From positions 224,001-288,000 of the forward strand of contig CBDCRW010000007.1 of the NCBI GenBank assembly GCA_965221125.1: a stretch of 64,000 nt of DNA, in the 5' to 3' direction. Of this stretch, positions 10,240 through 20,737 are shown piece after piece. Under the pieces are notes generated by a model. It was not told the DNA's origin. It did no database searches and worked only from the letters and a program-made list of their open reading frames with translations. Numbering within the stretch: position 1 is the stretch's first letter; each line of letters begins with the position of its first letter. The position numbers and the translations under genes were made by a program. The stretch is from Alphaproteobacteria bacterium (lineage in GTDB: Bacteria; Pseudomonadota; Alphaproteobacteria; UBA828).

Positions 10240-11565
10240 ATGACGCTCAAGGTTGCGATCGTCGGCTCCGGGCCGGCGGGTTTCTACACGGCGGATGCGC
10301 TGTTGAAGGCCGATTCCGCGTGCCAGGTCGACATCGTCGACCGGCTGCCGACGCCCTACGGGCTGATCCGCTTCGGCGTCGCACCCGACCACGAGAAGAC
10401 CAAGAACGTGATGCGCGGCTTCGCGCGCACGGCTGCGGACGAGCGCGTCAACTTCTACGGCGACGTCGATATCGGCGAGGCGCTCTCCCTCGACGAGCTG
10501 CGCGGGATGTACGACGCCGTCGTGCTCGCCGTCGGCGCTGCCCACGACCGCAAGCTGGGCCTGCCGGGCGAGGACAAGCCCGGCGTCGTCGGCTCGGCGA
10601 GCTTCGTCAACTGGTACAACGCCCACCCCGATTTCGTGGACAACACGCCCGATCTCGACACCTCCAGCGTGGTCATCATCGGCGCCGGCAACGTCGCCAT
10701 CGACGTGGCGCGCGTGCTGGTCAAGACGCCGGCGGAGATGGCGGCCACCGACCTGCCGGACTACGCCGCCCGCCCCATCCACGGCGCGCCGATCAACGAC
10801 GTCTACATGGTGGCGCGGCGAGGCCCGGTCGAGGCCAAGTTCACCAACGTCGAGCTGCGCGAGATGGGCCACCTCGAGCAGTGCGTGCCGCAGGTCGCCG
10901 CCGCCGACCTGCCCGACGAGGTCACCGGCGAGATGTCGCCGCGCGACCTGCGCGTGCGCGAGAAGAACCTCGAGACCCTCCGCGCTTTCACCGAGCGCGA
11001 GGCCGGCGAGAAGCCGAAGCGCGTGCACTTCGTGTTCTTCGCGAGCCCGGTCGAGATCCTGGGCGACGGCCGCGCGGAGGCCGTGCGCTTCGAGCGCACG
11101 CGGGTCGAGAACGGCCGCGCCGTCGGCACCGGCGAGCACTTCGAGATCGCCTGCGGCCTCGTGGTCGCCGCCGTCGGCTACCTCTCGCTCCCCGTGGACG
11201 GCGCGCCCTTCGACCACAGGAACGGCGTCGTCGTGAACGAGGACGGCCGCGTCGGGCCCGGCCTCTACGCAGCGGGCTGGATCAAGCGCGGGCCGACCGG
11301 CGTCATCGGAACCAACAAGGTCGACGGCAGGGATTGCGCCCGGCAGATCCTCGACGACCTCGGCGCGGAGGGCGGCGGCAAGCCGGGCCGCGAGGCGCTG
11401 GAGGCGCTGCTCCGCGCGCGCGGGCGCCGCTGGATCGATCTGGACGACTGGCAGCGGATCGAGGCGGCGGAGATCGACGCCGCGCCCGAGGGCGCGCCCC
11501 GCCGCAAGCTATACCGGCGCGAGGATTTCTACGCCGTCCTCGACGAGCACCGCGCCGCCGGCTGA
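10240..11565 (+). CDS. Ferredoxin--NADP+ reductase, adrenodoxin reductase/FprA type
   Basis: VAIVGSGPAGFY, PYGLIRFGVAPDH, IIGAGNVAIDVARVL, GWIKRGPTGVIGTN. Confidence 0.93.
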   Translation: MTLKVAIVGSGPAGFYTADALLKADSACQVDIVDRLPTPYGLIRFGVAPDHEKTKNVMRGFARTAADERVNFYGDVDIGEALSLDELRGMYDAVVLAVGAAHDRKLGLPGEDKPGVVGSASFVNWYNAHPDFVDNTPDLDTSSVVIIGAGNVAIDVARVLVKTPAEMAATDLPDYAARPIHGAPINDVYMVARRGPVEAKFTNVELREMGHLEQCVPQVAAADLPDEVTGEMSPRDLRVREKNLETLRAFTEREAGEKPKRVHFVFFASPVEILGDGRAEAVRFERTRVENGRAVGTGEHFEIACGLVVAAVGYLSLPVDGAPFDHRNGVVVNEDGRVGPGLYAAGWIKRGPTGVIGTNKVDGRDCARQILDDLGAEGGGKPGREALEALLRARGRRWIDLDDWQRIEAAEIDAAPEGAPRRKLYRREDFYAVLDEHRAAG

Positions 11566-11579
11566 GTTCCGCCTGCGCT

Positions 11580-13013
11580 CTACTCCTCGGCCAGCCGGGG
11601 CTTGCGGCCGATCCAGGGTCGCGCGGCTTCGAGCTGGGAAGCGAGGCGGAAGAGCGTGGCCTCGTCGCCGAAGCGGGCGATGGCCTGCACCGCGACGGGG
11701 AAGCCGCTCTCGGTCTGCCCGAGCGGAATCATCATCGCCGGCTGGCCGGTGAGGTTGAACCACACCGTGAACGGGCTGAAGCGGAACACGCGCCGCCAGT
11801 ATTCCTCGATATCCTCCATCATCATGTCGAGCCAGCCGAGTTTGGGCGGCAGGGTGCCGAGGCCGGGGGTGAGCAGCACGTCCCAATCCCGGTGGAACGC
11901 CGCCATCTGGCGGCCGAGCCGATGCGCGGTGTGGACCGCCGCCATGTAGCTCGCGCCGTCGATGTCTTCGGCCAGCGCCGCGCTCCTGGCGACCACAGTC
12001 TCGAGCTCGCCCGGCTGCGGCGTCCGGCCCGAGGGGTGCCCGCGCACCGTATAGAGGATGTTGACCGCGCTGAGCGTGCGGAAAATCGGCACCACGTCGG
12101 CGCCGTCGATCGCGGGGTCGGCCTCGTCCACCCGATGGCCGAGATCGGCGCAGAGCGACGCGGTCTCCTGCAGCACGCGGAGCGGATCGGCCTCCACGGG
12201 CGCGCCGTTGGGCGCCTTGCTGGTGACCGCGATGCGGAGCGTGCCTGGATCGGCGCCGACCTCGTCGAGGAACGGGCGGGCCGGTGGCAGCACGTAATAG
12301 GGATCGCCCGGGGCGGGGCCGTGAGTGGCATCGAGCAGCGCCGCATTGTCGCGTACCGTGAGCGACACCGCGTGCTCGATGGCAAGCCCCGCGAGCGCCT
12401 CGCCGAAGGCCGGCGCCAGGGTGTTGCGTGCGCGCGTCGGGCGCAGGCCCACCAGGCCGCAGGAGGCCGCCGGTGCGCGGATCGAGCCGAAGCCGTCCGA
12501 GGCATGGGCGATCGGCAGCATGCGGGCTGCCACAGCCGCACCCGCGCCGCCGCTGGAGCCTGCGGGCGTCCGCTCCAGGTCCCAGGGATTGCGCGAGGGG
12601 CCGTGGAGCTGCGGCTCGCAGGTGAGGCTGAGGCCCATCTCGCAACTGCTCGTCATGCCGTAGATCACCATGCCGGCCTGCTTGAGGCGCGTGACATGGA
12701 GGCTGTCCTCGGTGGCCGGCGGCAGATCGGCGAAGAAGCGGCTGCCGTGCGCGCACCTGACGCCGGCGACCGACGTGAAGAGAGCCTTGACCAGGTAGGG
12801 AACGCCGGCAAACGGCCCTTCCGGCAGGCCCGCCGCGATGGCCTGCGCGGCCTGGTCGTAGAGCTTCGTGACCACCGCATTGACCGCCGGATTGCGCGCT
12901 TCGACGCGCGCGATGGCGGCCTCCAGAACCTCCGCCGCGCTGACCTCCCCCGCCTTCATCAGCGCCGCGAGACCCAGCGCGTCGTACGACTCGTATTCCG
13001 CGAAGCCGCTCAT
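11580..13013 (-). CDS. Amidase signature family protein
   Basis: GPFAGVPYLVK, RNPWDLERTPAGSSGGAGAAVA, SDGFGSIRAPA. Confidence 0.92.
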   Translation of the reverse strand: MSGFAEYESYDALGLAALMKAGEVSAAEVLEAAIARVEARNPAVNAVVTKLYDQAAQAIAAGLPEGPFAGVPYLVKALFTSVAGVRCAHGSRFFADLPPATEDSLHVTRLKQAGMVIYGMTSSCEMGLSLTCEPQLHGPSRNPWDLERTPAGSSGGAGAAVAARMLPIAHASDGFGSIRAPAASCGLVGLRPTRARNTLAPAFGEALAGLAIEHAVSLTVRDNAALLDATHGPAPGDPYYVLPPARPFLDEVGADPGTLRIAVTSKAPNGAPVEADPLRVLQETASLCADLGHRVDEADPAIDGADVVPIFRTLSAVNILYTVRGHPSGRTPQPGELETVVARSAALAEDIDGASYMAAVHTAHRLGRQMAAFHRDWDVLLTPGLGTLPPKLGWLDMMMEDIEEYWRRVFRFSPFTVWFNLTGQPAMMIPLGQTESGFPVAVQAIARFGDEATLFRLASQLEAARPWIGRKPRLAEE

Positions 13014-13150
13014 CGCCACCCTCCCCTGGTGCGTCGTCACGTCCCTGGGGAACCATAGCGCGTCGCCAGGCAGAGCGCCGAGTCGCCCCCGCAACGCAAG
13101 CCAGCCGACGGGGTGCCCGGCAGGAAACGGGGGCGGGGGTACCCTAAATT

Positions 13151-13184
13151 CCTCCCGCCCGGTAGCGGTGAACCGGGCGGGAGG
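13151..13184 (-). terminator. GC-rich hairpin downstream of ABC binding-protein gene
   Basis: cctcccgcccggt-8nt-accgggcgggagg, 13-bp perfect stem; weak U-tract. Confidence 0.5.
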
Positions 13185-13194
13185 GTGACAGGCT

Positions 13195-14118
13195 CTACCT
13201 GAAGTCTTCGGCGTTTTCCGTGGTCACGAGGACCGTGCCCGTATCGATGACCGGCGGAAGCTCACCGCCGCCGAGCAGCGTCATGACGCTCTCGACCCCG
13301 ATTGCGCCCATGTTGTAGGGATTCTGCGCGACGGTTGCCGACATCTCGCCGGCCAGCACGCTCTCGGCCGCATCCGGGTTGGCGTCGAAGCCGACGACGA
13401 AGACCTGCTCCAGCATGTCCGCGTTCTTGAGCGCTTCGATCGCGCCCAGGCCCATGTTGTCGTTGCTGGCGAAGACGGCCTGGAGGTTCGGATTGCCGGT
13501 GATGATGTTCTCCATCACGGCCAGCCCTTTTGCCCGGTCCCATTCACCGGTCTGCTCGGCGACGATGTTGAGGCCGCAGGCGGCGAGCCCGGCGGCTGAG
13601 CCATCGGCCCGCGCCTTGCCGGTCGACTGCGTGACGATGCCCTGCAGGATGGCAACGTCGGATCCGGCGGCCACGTTCGCACAAATGTGCTCGGCGGCGA
13701 GAGCGGCGCCCACCTGGTTGTCGGTGCCGATATAGGTCACGCCGGCATTCGAGCCCTTCGTGTCGACGAACACCACCGGAACCCCGTCGGCGATCGCCTC
13801 GTCCACGACCGGCGCCAGTGCGTTCGGGTCGGTCGGCGCGAGCACGATGCCGCTCACGCCCTTGGCGAGCTGGTCCTCGATCTGCGCGATTTGCGCGGCG
13901 ACGTCGGATTCGCTCGGCGGCGCGAGCACGACGACGTTCACGCCGAGCTCGGCGCCCTTCTCCTCCGCGCCGCGCTCGACGGCGGCCCAGAACGGGTTGC
14001 CGGCGCCCGGGCCCTTCATGCTGACGAGAACCGTCTCTTCGGCCGCAGCCATCGAGGCGAGTCCGACCAGTACCGTTGCCGCGACCGCCGCGGCTATTCC
14101 ACCTCGTAGCATTTTCAC
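13195..14118 (-). CDS. Sugar ABC transporter substrate-binding protein (RbsB-like)
   Basis: Signal peptide; NPFW, YIGTDN, VFASNDNMGLGA, VVGFDA, ATVAQNP; AAGGAG RBS before GTG 14118. Confidence 0.92.
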   Translation of the reverse strand: MKMLRGGIAAAVAATVLVGLASMAAAEETVLVSMKGPGAGNPFWAAVERGAEEKGAELGVNVVVLAPPSESDVAAQIAQIEDQLAKGVSGIVLAPTDPNALAPVVDEAIADGVPVVFVDTKGSNAGVTYIGTDNQVGAALAAEHICANVAAGSDVAILQGIVTQSTGKARADGSAAGLAACGLNIVAEQTGEWDRAKGLAVMENIITGNPNLQAVFASNDNMGLGAIEALKNADMLEQVFVVGFDANPDAAESVLAGEMSATVAQNPYNMGAIGVESVMTLLGGGELPPVIDTGTVLVTTENAEDFR

Positions 14119-14215
14119 TGTCGTCTCCTTCCGATTTCTGTCTGCTGACATGATTGACGCAACGTCGCGAGCGCGGGTCGGTCAACCAAGTCCGAAGCAT
14201 TCATAACTACTGGCT

Positions 14216-15181
14216 CTAATGGCGCGTGCCAAGGTCGCGCCGCAGCACGTCGATGAACACCGCGAGCACGATGATCGCGCCGATCAGGATCTGCTGCCAG
14301 AACGAGCTGACATCGTTCAGGTTGAGGCCGTTCCTGATCAACCCCATGATCAGCACGCCGCCGAAGATGCCGAGCACCTGCCCGCGGCCGCCAAAAAAAC
14401 TCGCCCCGCCGATGATGACCGCGGCGATCGCTTCGAGCTCCATGCCCAGGCCCGCATTCGGAAACCCGGAATTGGTCCGCCCGGCCATGATCAGCCCGGC
14501 GATGCCGGCCATGAACCCGCATATGGAGTAGACGATGATCAACGTGCGGTCGACGTTGATTCCGCTGACCCTGGCCGCCTGCGGGTTGCCGCCGATCGCG
14601 TAGACGCGCCGGCCGAACACCGTGTGCTCAAGCAGGACCCAGAAAATCAGGTAAACCGCGACGGTAAAGAGAAAAACGACCGGCAGGTTGAATCGCGTTC
14701 CGTCGATTTCGCCGAGCAGAATACGGGCCGATCCGAGGAAGCGGACCGCGTCGGGCAGCCCCGAATAGGGCACACCGCCGGATATCAGGTTCGCCAATCC
14801 ACGGGCCATGAACAGCATGCCCAATGTCATGATGAACGGGTGCGGCATGCGCAGCTTCGTGATGCCGACGCCGTTCACGAAGCCCGCGGCAAGCCCCACC
14901 AGCGGCGACAGCACCAGCACCACCGGCCAGGGAACGCCGGACGCGCTGGTCACCGCGAGCGTCATCATGCCGAGCGCCAGGACCGAGCCGACGGACAGGT
15001 CGATGCCGGCGGTCAGGATCACCAGGAACATGCCGATCGACAGCATTCCGTTGGCTGCGGTCTGCTTGAAGATGTTGGTGATGTTGCGCCACGAGAAGAA
15101 GACGTCGGGTTGCAGCGCCCACAACACCACGCACATCACGATGATGACGATGAGGATTCCGTAACGGTCGAGGAACGGCAT
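14216..15181 (-). CDS. Sugar ABC transporter permease (RbsC-like)
   Basis: GIDLSVGS, PFIMTLG, FGRRVYAIGGNPQAARVSGI, ELEAIAAVIIGG. Confidence 0.93.
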   Translation of the reverse strand: MPFLDRYGILIVIIVMCVVLWALQPDVFFSWRNITNIFKQTAANGMLSIGMFLVILTAGIDLSVGSVLALGMMTLAVTSASGVPWPVVLVLSPLVGLAAGFVNGVGITKLRMPHPFIMTLGMLFMARGLANLISGGVPYSGLPDAVRFLGSARILLGEIDGTRFNLPVVFLFTVAVYLIFWVLLEHTVFGRRVYAIGGNPQAARVSGINVDRTLIIVYSICGFMAGIAGLIMAGRTNSGFPNAGLGMELEAIAAVIIGGASFFGGRGQVLGIFGGVLIMGLIRNGLNLNDVSSFWQQILIGAIIVLAVFIDVLRRDLGTRH

Positions 15182-15236
15182 GAGCCGGACCCGCAGCGAG
15201 TCCTTGTCTGCGAACTCCGGCTCGGCGCCGGCCGGA

Positions 15237-16040
15237 TCACCCGGTGCGGTGATGCGCCGGCTCCTTCGTGTTTTCCTTCGTTCCCATGACCCAGCCGATG
15301 ACTTCGCTGCGGGTCGTCTCGGCCAGGTTCGCCTCGGCGAAGTTCGTGCCGTGGTAGAGCGCCATGACCCGGTCGCAGACGTAGAATATGTCGTCCATGC
15401 GGTGGCTGATGATCACGACCGAAATGCCGCGTTTCTTCAGGCCGATGATGAGGTCGAGCACCTTGCCGACCTCCTTGACCGCAAGCGCGGCAGTCGGCTC
15501 GTCCATGATGACGACTCGCGCCTGGAAGGCGATCGAGCGCGCGATCGCGACCGCCTGCCTCTGGCCGCCCGACAGCTCCTCCACCTTCTGCTCCACGCTC
15601 TTCACGTGGATTTTCAGATTGTCGAGATGCTGTTTCGCCTTTTCGCGCCCGCCGCGATGGTCGAACAGCTGCACCAGCCCGCCGAGCAGCCTGCGCCTCG
15701 GCTCGCGGCCGAGATAGATGTTCTCGGCAATGTTCATGTTACCGGCCAGGGCCAGGTCCTGGTAAACCATCTCGATTCCGAGATCGCGGGCATCGCGCGG
15801 GCTGTGGAACTGAACCTGCCGGCCGTCGAAGATCAGCCGGCCCTCGCTCGGCGGGTGCAGGCCCGACAGGACTTTCATGAGGGTCGACTTGCCGGCGCCG
15901 TTGTCGCCCACGACACCCAGCACCTCGCCCGGCCAAAGCTCGAGATCGACGTCGCGCAGGGCCGTAACCGCACCGAAATACTTCCAAATTCCATGGGCCT
16001 CGAGCAACGGACCCGGCGCTTCTTCGGTGCGTTCCGTCAA
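15237..16040 (-). CDS. Sugar ABC transporter ATP-binding protein (single domain; start uncertain)
   Basis: GDNGAGKST, VYQDLAL, LSGGQRQ, VIMDEPTAAL. Confidence 0.92.
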   Translation of the reverse strand: MTERTEEAPGPLLEAHGIWKYFGAVTALRDVDLELWPGEVLGVVGDNGAGKSTLMKVLSGLHPPSEGRLIFDGRQVQFHSPRDARDLGIEMVYQDLALAGNMNIAENIYLGREPRRRLLGGLVQLFDHRGGREKAKQHLDNLKIHVKSVEQKVEELSGGQRQAVAIARSIAFQARVVIMDEPTAALAVKEVGKVLDLIIGLKKRGISVVIISHRMDDIFYVCDRVMALYHGTNFAEANLAETTRSEVIGWVMGTKENTKEPAHHRTG

Positions 16041-16231
16041 ATGTCCACCCGCGTGCGCGATAGGGGTTGGCCCACGCACGAACCATAGGTTGATCGCGTT
16101 TGAACCGTCAAGGCTGCCCCCGCCGCCGCCGGACATGCCCGAAAAGGTTGGACCACAACTAGACATCGCAGGCCGGTAGGAGTATCTCAATCCCACCGGC
16201 TCGTCCGGGCCTCACAGAGAACGACAGGGCT

Positions 16232-18100
16232 ATGGCAGAAGCAGCATTGACGCTTGAGGACGTGCCGCGCGAGGAGCTGGAATCGGCCGTGATCCGCTTC
16301 GCGGGAGATTCCGGCGACGGCATGCAGCTCACCGGCGGACGCTTTACCGAGACCACCGCGCTTGCCGGCAACGACCTCACCACCTTCCCCGATTTCCCGG
16401 CCGAGATCAGGGCGCCGATCGGCACCACCTACGGCGTCTCCGCCTTCCAGATCAACTTCGGCTCGCGCAACGTGATGACCTCCGGCGACGTGCCGGACGT
16501 ACTGGTCTGCATGAATCCCGCGGCGCTCAAGGTCAACATCGGCGACCTGCGCGAAGGCGGCCTCGTCATCGTCGATACCGGCACGTTTACCGACAAGAAC
16601 CTGCAGAAGGCCGGCTACGACGCCAACCCGCTCGACGACGAGAGCCTGTCCCGCTACCGCGTCATGGCGATCGACATCTCGAAGCTCACGCTGGAGGCGG
16701 TGAAGGAGTGCGACGTCTCCAAGAAGGAGGGGCTGCGCGCCAAGAACCTCTGGACCCTCGGCCTGATCTACTGGCTCTACGACCGCGACATCGTGGCGAC
16801 CGTGACCTGGCTCGACGCCAAGTTCAAGAAGCTGCCGAACATCGCCGCCGCTAACATCGCCTGCCTCAAGGCGGGCCACGCCTTCGGCGAGACGGCGGAG
16901 CTGCCCGACGGCGCGCTCGTCTACGAGATCAAGCCCGCGACCTTCCAGCCGGGGCTCTACCGCACCGTCACCGGGACGGAAGCGCTGGCCTGGGGCCTCG
17001 TGGCGGGCGCGAAGCTCGCCGACTTGCGGCTCGTGTTCAGCTCTTACCCCATCACGCCGGCCTCGTCGGTGCTGCACGTGCTGGCCCGGCTCAAGGCCTA
17101 CGACGTGGTGACCTTCCAGGCCGAGGACGAGATCGCCGCGGCAGGCGCCGCCATCGGCGCGTCCTACGCGGGCTCCCTCGGCGTGACCTCGAGCTCCGGC
17201 CCCGGCGTCGCGCTCAAGACCGAGGCGCTCGGCCTCGCGATCACCGCCGAGCTGCCGCTCATCCTCGTCAACTCCCAGCGCGCCGGGCCGTCCACCGGCA
17301 TGCCGACCAAGACCGAGCAGTCGGACCTCTACCTCGCCGTCTACGGCCGCAACGCGGACGCGCCGCTGGTGGTGCTCGCGGCGCGCTCCTCGGCGGACGC
17401 CTTCGACGTGGCCATCGAGGCGGTGCGCCTCGCCACCCGCTACATGACGCCGGTCGTCGTGCTGACCGACACCTTCATCGCCAACGCGGCCGAGCCCTGG
17501 CGGCTGCCGGATGTGAGCGCGCTCGCGCCCTTCCCCGTGGAGTTCCGCACCGAGACCGAGGGCTTCCAGCCCTATGAGCGCGACCCGGAGACGCTGGCCC
17601 GGCCCTGGGTGCGCCCCGGCACGCCCGGCCTCGAGCACCGCATCGGCGGGCTGGAGAAGGACTACGCCACGGGCAACGTCTCCTACGACCCCGAGAACCA
17701 CCAGCGCATGACCGACGTGCGGCACGAGAAGATCGCCCGCATCGCGAACGATATCCCCGAGCAGGCGGTCGATCAGGGGCCCGAGAGCGGCCCCCTCGCG
17801 GTGGTCGGCTGGGGCTCCACCTACGGGCCGATCAGCCGGGCCGTCGAGCGCAGCCGGAACGAGCGCGGCATCCCGGTCTCGCACATCCACCTGCGGCACC
17901 TGAGCCCGCTGCCGCGCAATCTCGGCGACCTGCTCGCCGGCTTCGACAAGGTGCTGGTGCCCGAGATGAACATGGGCCAGCTCACCACCGTGCTGCGCAG
18001 CCGCTACCTGGTGCCGGCGATAAGCCTGCCCAAGGTCACCGGCAAGCCCTTCAAGATCGTCGAGATCATGGACGCGATCCGCGCCCACTCGGAGGCATGA
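16232..18100 (+). CDS. korA: 2-oxoacid:ferredoxin oxidoreductase alpha subunit
   Basis: IRFAGDSGDGMQLTG, YPITPAS, QAEDEIAA, QRAGPSTGMPTKTEQSD, EMNMGQL. Confidence 0.93.
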   Translation: MAEAALTLEDVPREELESAVIRFAGDSGDGMQLTGGRFTETTALAGNDLTTFPDFPAEIRAPIGTTYGVSAFQINFGSRNVMTSGDVPDVLVCMNPAALKVNIGDLREGGLVIVDTGTFTDKNLQKAGYDANPLDDESLSRYRVMAIDISKLTLEAVKECDVSKKEGLRAKNLWTLGLIYWLYDRDIVATVTWLDAKFKKLPNIAAANIACLKAGHAFGETAELPDGALVYEIKPATFQPGLYRTVTGTEALAWGLVAGAKLADLRLVFSSYPITPASSVLHVLARLKAYDVVTFQAEDEIAAAGAAIGASYAGSLGVTSSSGPGVALKTEALGLAITAELPLILVNSQRAGPSTGMPTKTEQSDLYLAVYGRNADAPLVVLAARSSADAFDVAIEAVRLATRYMTPVVVLTDTFIANAAEPWRLPDVSALAPFPVEFRTETEGFQPYERDPETLARPWVRPGTPGLEHRIGGLEKDYATGNVSYDPENHQRMTDVRHEKIARIANDIPEQAVDQGPESGPLAVVGWGSTYGPISRAVERSRNERGIPVSHIHLRHLSPLPRNLGDLLAGFDKVLVPEMNMGQLTTVLRSRYLVPAISLPKVTGKPFKIVEIMDAIRAHSEA

Positions 18101-18101
18101 G

Positions 18102-19133
18102 ATGAACGATACGGTTGCGATCCCCGCGCTCACGGCGCAGGACTTCACCTCGGACCAGGAGGTCCGCTGGTGCCCCGGCTGCGGCGACTACGCCATCATC
18201 AAGGCGGTGCGCAAGGCGCTCGCCGAGATCGGCACGGACACCAAGGACGTGGTGTTCGTCTCCGGCATCGGCTGTGCCGCGCGCTTCCCCTACTACATGG
18301 CGACCTACGGCTTTCACACGATCCACGGCCGCGCGCCCGCCATCGCCACCGGGGTCAAGATCGCCAATCCCGAGCTCGACGTCTGGGTGGTCTCGGGCGA
18401 CGGCGACGGGCTCTCCATCGGCGGCAACCACACGCTGCATGCGCTGCGCCGCAACGTCGATCTCAACATCCTGCTCTTCAACAACGAGATCTACGGCCTC
18501 ACCAAGGGGCAGTACTCGCCGACCTCGCGCGAGGGCACGCGCTCGCCGTCGACGCCGCTGGGCTCGGTGGATCATCCGCTGTCCGCGACCCGCTTCGCGC
18601 TCGGCGCCGGCGCGCGCTTCGTCGCCCGCGCCATCGATACCGACCAGAAGCGCCTGCCGGACATCCTGAAGGCCGCGCACGCGCACAAGGGCACGTCGTT
18701 CCTCGAAATCTTCCAGAACTGCATCGTCTACAACGACGGCGCGTTCGACGCCTTCGCCGAGCGCAAGAACGCGCCCGAGACGCAGATCTTCCTGGAGCAC
18801 GGCAAGCCGCTGATCTTCGGCAAGGAGCGGAACCGCGGGCTCAGGCTCGCGCCCGGCACGTTCACCCTCGAGGTGGTGACGCTCGGCGAGGACGGCATCG
18901 AGGAGTCCGACCTCCTGGTGCACGACCAGACCAACCGGCCGCTCGCCGGCATCCTGGCGGAGATGGAGCCGCCGGACTTCCCCGTGGCGCTCGGCGTGCT
19001 CTTCTGCAGCCCGGAGGAGAGCTACGAGGCCTCGGTCTACACCCAGATCGACGCCGCCAAGTCGACCGCCGAGGCCCCCGGCATCGAAGCCCTGCTGCAG
19101 AGCGGCCACACCTGGACGGTCGAGGCGCGCTAG
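18102..19133 (+). CDS. korB: 2-oxoacid:ferredoxin oxidoreductase beta subunit
   Basis: WCPGCGDY, VSGIGC, HTIHGRA, GDGDGLSIGGNH, NNEIYGLTKGQYSPT. Confidence 0.93.
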   Translation: MNDTVAIPALTAQDFTSDQEVRWCPGCGDYAIIKAVRKALAEIGTDTKDVVFVSGIGCAARFPYYMATYGFHTIHGRAPAIATGVKIANPELDVWVVSGDGDGLSIGGNHTLHALRRNVDLNILLFNNEIYGLTKGQYSPTSREGTRSPSTPLGSVDHPLSATRFALGAGARFVARAIDTDQKRLPDILKAAHAHKGTSFLEIFQNCIVYNDGAFDAFAERKNAPETQIFLEHGKPLIFGKERNRGLRLAPGTFTLEVVTLGEDGIEESDLLVHDQTNRPLAGILAEMEPPDFPVALGVLFCSPEESYEASVYTQIDAAKSTAEAPGIEALLQSGHTWTVEAR

Positions 19134-19175
19134 GCGCCCGCCCGTTCCCGCCGGCGACGGTCGCTTGAGGCCGCG

Positions 19176-19892
19176 ATGATCGAGGCCCTGCTCTTCGACG
19201 TGTTCGGCACGGTGGTCGACTGGCGCACCGGCGTCGCCCGCGAGGTCGAGGCCTTCTTCGCGGGCTCGGAGCATGAGGTCGATTCCGTCGCCTTCGCCGA
19301 TTCATGGCGGGCGAAGTACCAGCCCTCGATGGAGGAGATCCGCTCCGGGCGGCGGGGCTACACGGTGCTCGACGTGCTCCATCGCGAGAACCTCGACGCG
19401 ACGCTTGCCGAGTTCGCCCTGGACGATGCGGTGGACGACGAGGGCCGCGCCCACCTCAACCGGGCGTGGGAGAAGCTCCCGCCCTGGCCCGACGCGGTGC
19501 CGGGCCTGGACGCCCTGCACGGCCGCTACCTCCTCGCGCCCTGCTCCAACGGCTCGATCGGGATGATGGCCCGGCTCGCGCGCTCCGCCGGCCTGCCCTG
19601 GGATGCCATCGTCGGCGCCGACATCGGCCGGGGCTACAAGCCGCAGAGGGAGGTCTACACCGCGTCCGCCGCCGCCCTCGGCCTCGCGCCGGAACAAGTC
19701 ATGATGGTCGCCGCCCACAACTTCGACCTCGCAGCCGCCCGCGAGGCGGGCCTGGCGACGGCCTTCGTGTCCCGCCCCGACGAGTACGGCGACGGGCCGG
19801 TCGGCAAACCCGATCCTGGCCCCAGCGACGATTGGGAGGCCGTGGTGCCCGACTTCCTGGCCCTCGCCCGGCAGATGGGCACGGACGGGTAG
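19176..19892 (+). CDS. Haloacid dehalogenase type II
   Basis: FDVFGTVVDWR, PWPDAVPGL, SNG, YKP, MMVAAHNFDL. Confidence 0.9.
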   Translation: MIEALLFDVFGTVVDWRTGVAREVEAFFAGSEHEVDSVAFADSWRAKYQPSMEEIRSGRRGYTVLDVLHRENLDATLAEFALDDAVDDEGRAHLNRAWEKLPPWPDAVPGLDALHGRYLLAPCSNGSIGMMARLARSAGLPWDAIVGADIGRGYKPQREVYTASAAALGLAPEQVMMVAAHNFDLAAAREAGLATAFVSRPDEYGDGPVGKPDPGPSDDWEAVVPDFLALARQMGTDG

Positions 19893-19909
19893 CTGCCCCG
19901 CTTACGTCG

Positions 19910-20671
19910 TCAGGGCTGCGGCGCGACGCCGTGGCGGGCTAGGAATTCCAGCACGTAGGTGGGGAGGCCGAACTCCATAAGGTCGGCGTGGTCGGCCTCG
20001 GGAATGAACACGGCCTCCTTGGGCTCGGCTGCACGCTTGAAGAGCCTGCGCGCCTGGCGCACCGGAATGGTGCGGTCGCGCTCGCCGTGCACGATCAGGA
20101 CCGGCGCTCTCACCTTGCCGATCTTGGCGGCGGAATCGAAGCGGTCGACGATCAGCGGCCGGACCGGCAGCAGCGGGAAGCGCCCGGCGGCGATGTCCGC
20201 GATCGAGCTGAAGGGCGCCTCCAGCACCAGCGCGGCGGGCGCGGCCTCGCGCGCGAGGTGCACCGCGACCCCGGTGCCGAGCGACTCGCCGTAGGGGATC
20301 TGGCGCTCGTCGCCGCAGCCGTGCGCGCGGAGGAAAGCACGGGCCGCGCGGCCGTCGGCATAGAGCCCGTCCTCCGTCGGCCGGCCGGGATTGCCGCTGT
20401 AGCCCCGCCAGGTCGTGAGCAGGACGCCGAGGCCGGCGTTGAGATAGGCCCGCACCTTGAAGCCCCGCATGCCGATATGGCCGGCGTTGCCGTGGAAGTA
20501 GGCGAGGGTGGGCGCGCCGGGCACGCGCGGAGGCGCGTACCACGCGAGCAGCGCGAGCCCGTCCTCGGTCTCGAGCGAGACGGGCGCGAGCTCCGGGACG
20601 TCGGAGTCGGCCGGTGTCGGCCGGGTGGCGTCGGGGAAGTAGGTGAGCGAGCGCTGAATCGCCGCGAGCAT
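19910..20671 (-). CDS. Alpha/beta hydrolase (BEM46/ABHD13-like)
   Basis: YFHGNAG, WRGYSGNPGRPTEDGL, GESLG nucleophile motif, HGERD, H in ADHAD. Confidence 0.9.
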   Translation of the reverse strand: MLAAIQRSLTYFPDATRPTPADSDVPELAPVSLETEDGLALLAWYAPPRVPGAPTLAYFHGNAGHIGMRGFKVRAYLNAGLGVLLTTWRGYSGNPGRPTEDGLYADGRAARAFLRAHGCGDERQIPYGESLGTGVAVHLAREAAPAALVLEAPFSSIADIAAGRFPLLPVRPLIVDRFDSAAKIGKVRAPVLIVHGERDRTIPVRQARRLFKRAAEPKEAVFIPEADHADLMEFGLPTYVLEFLARHGVAPQP

Positions 20672-20680
20672 TATCTGACG

Positions 20681-20713
20681 AAAAGGGCACCGGGCGTCGG
20701 CGGCCCGGTGCCC
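20681..20713 (-). terminator. Intrinsic terminator of the Bax inhibitor gene
   Basis: 11-bp stem gggcaccgggc/gcccggtgccc followed by TTTT on the minus strand. Confidence 0.65.
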
Positions 20714-20737
20714 GTCCGTCGCTGGCGGCCGGCGCGG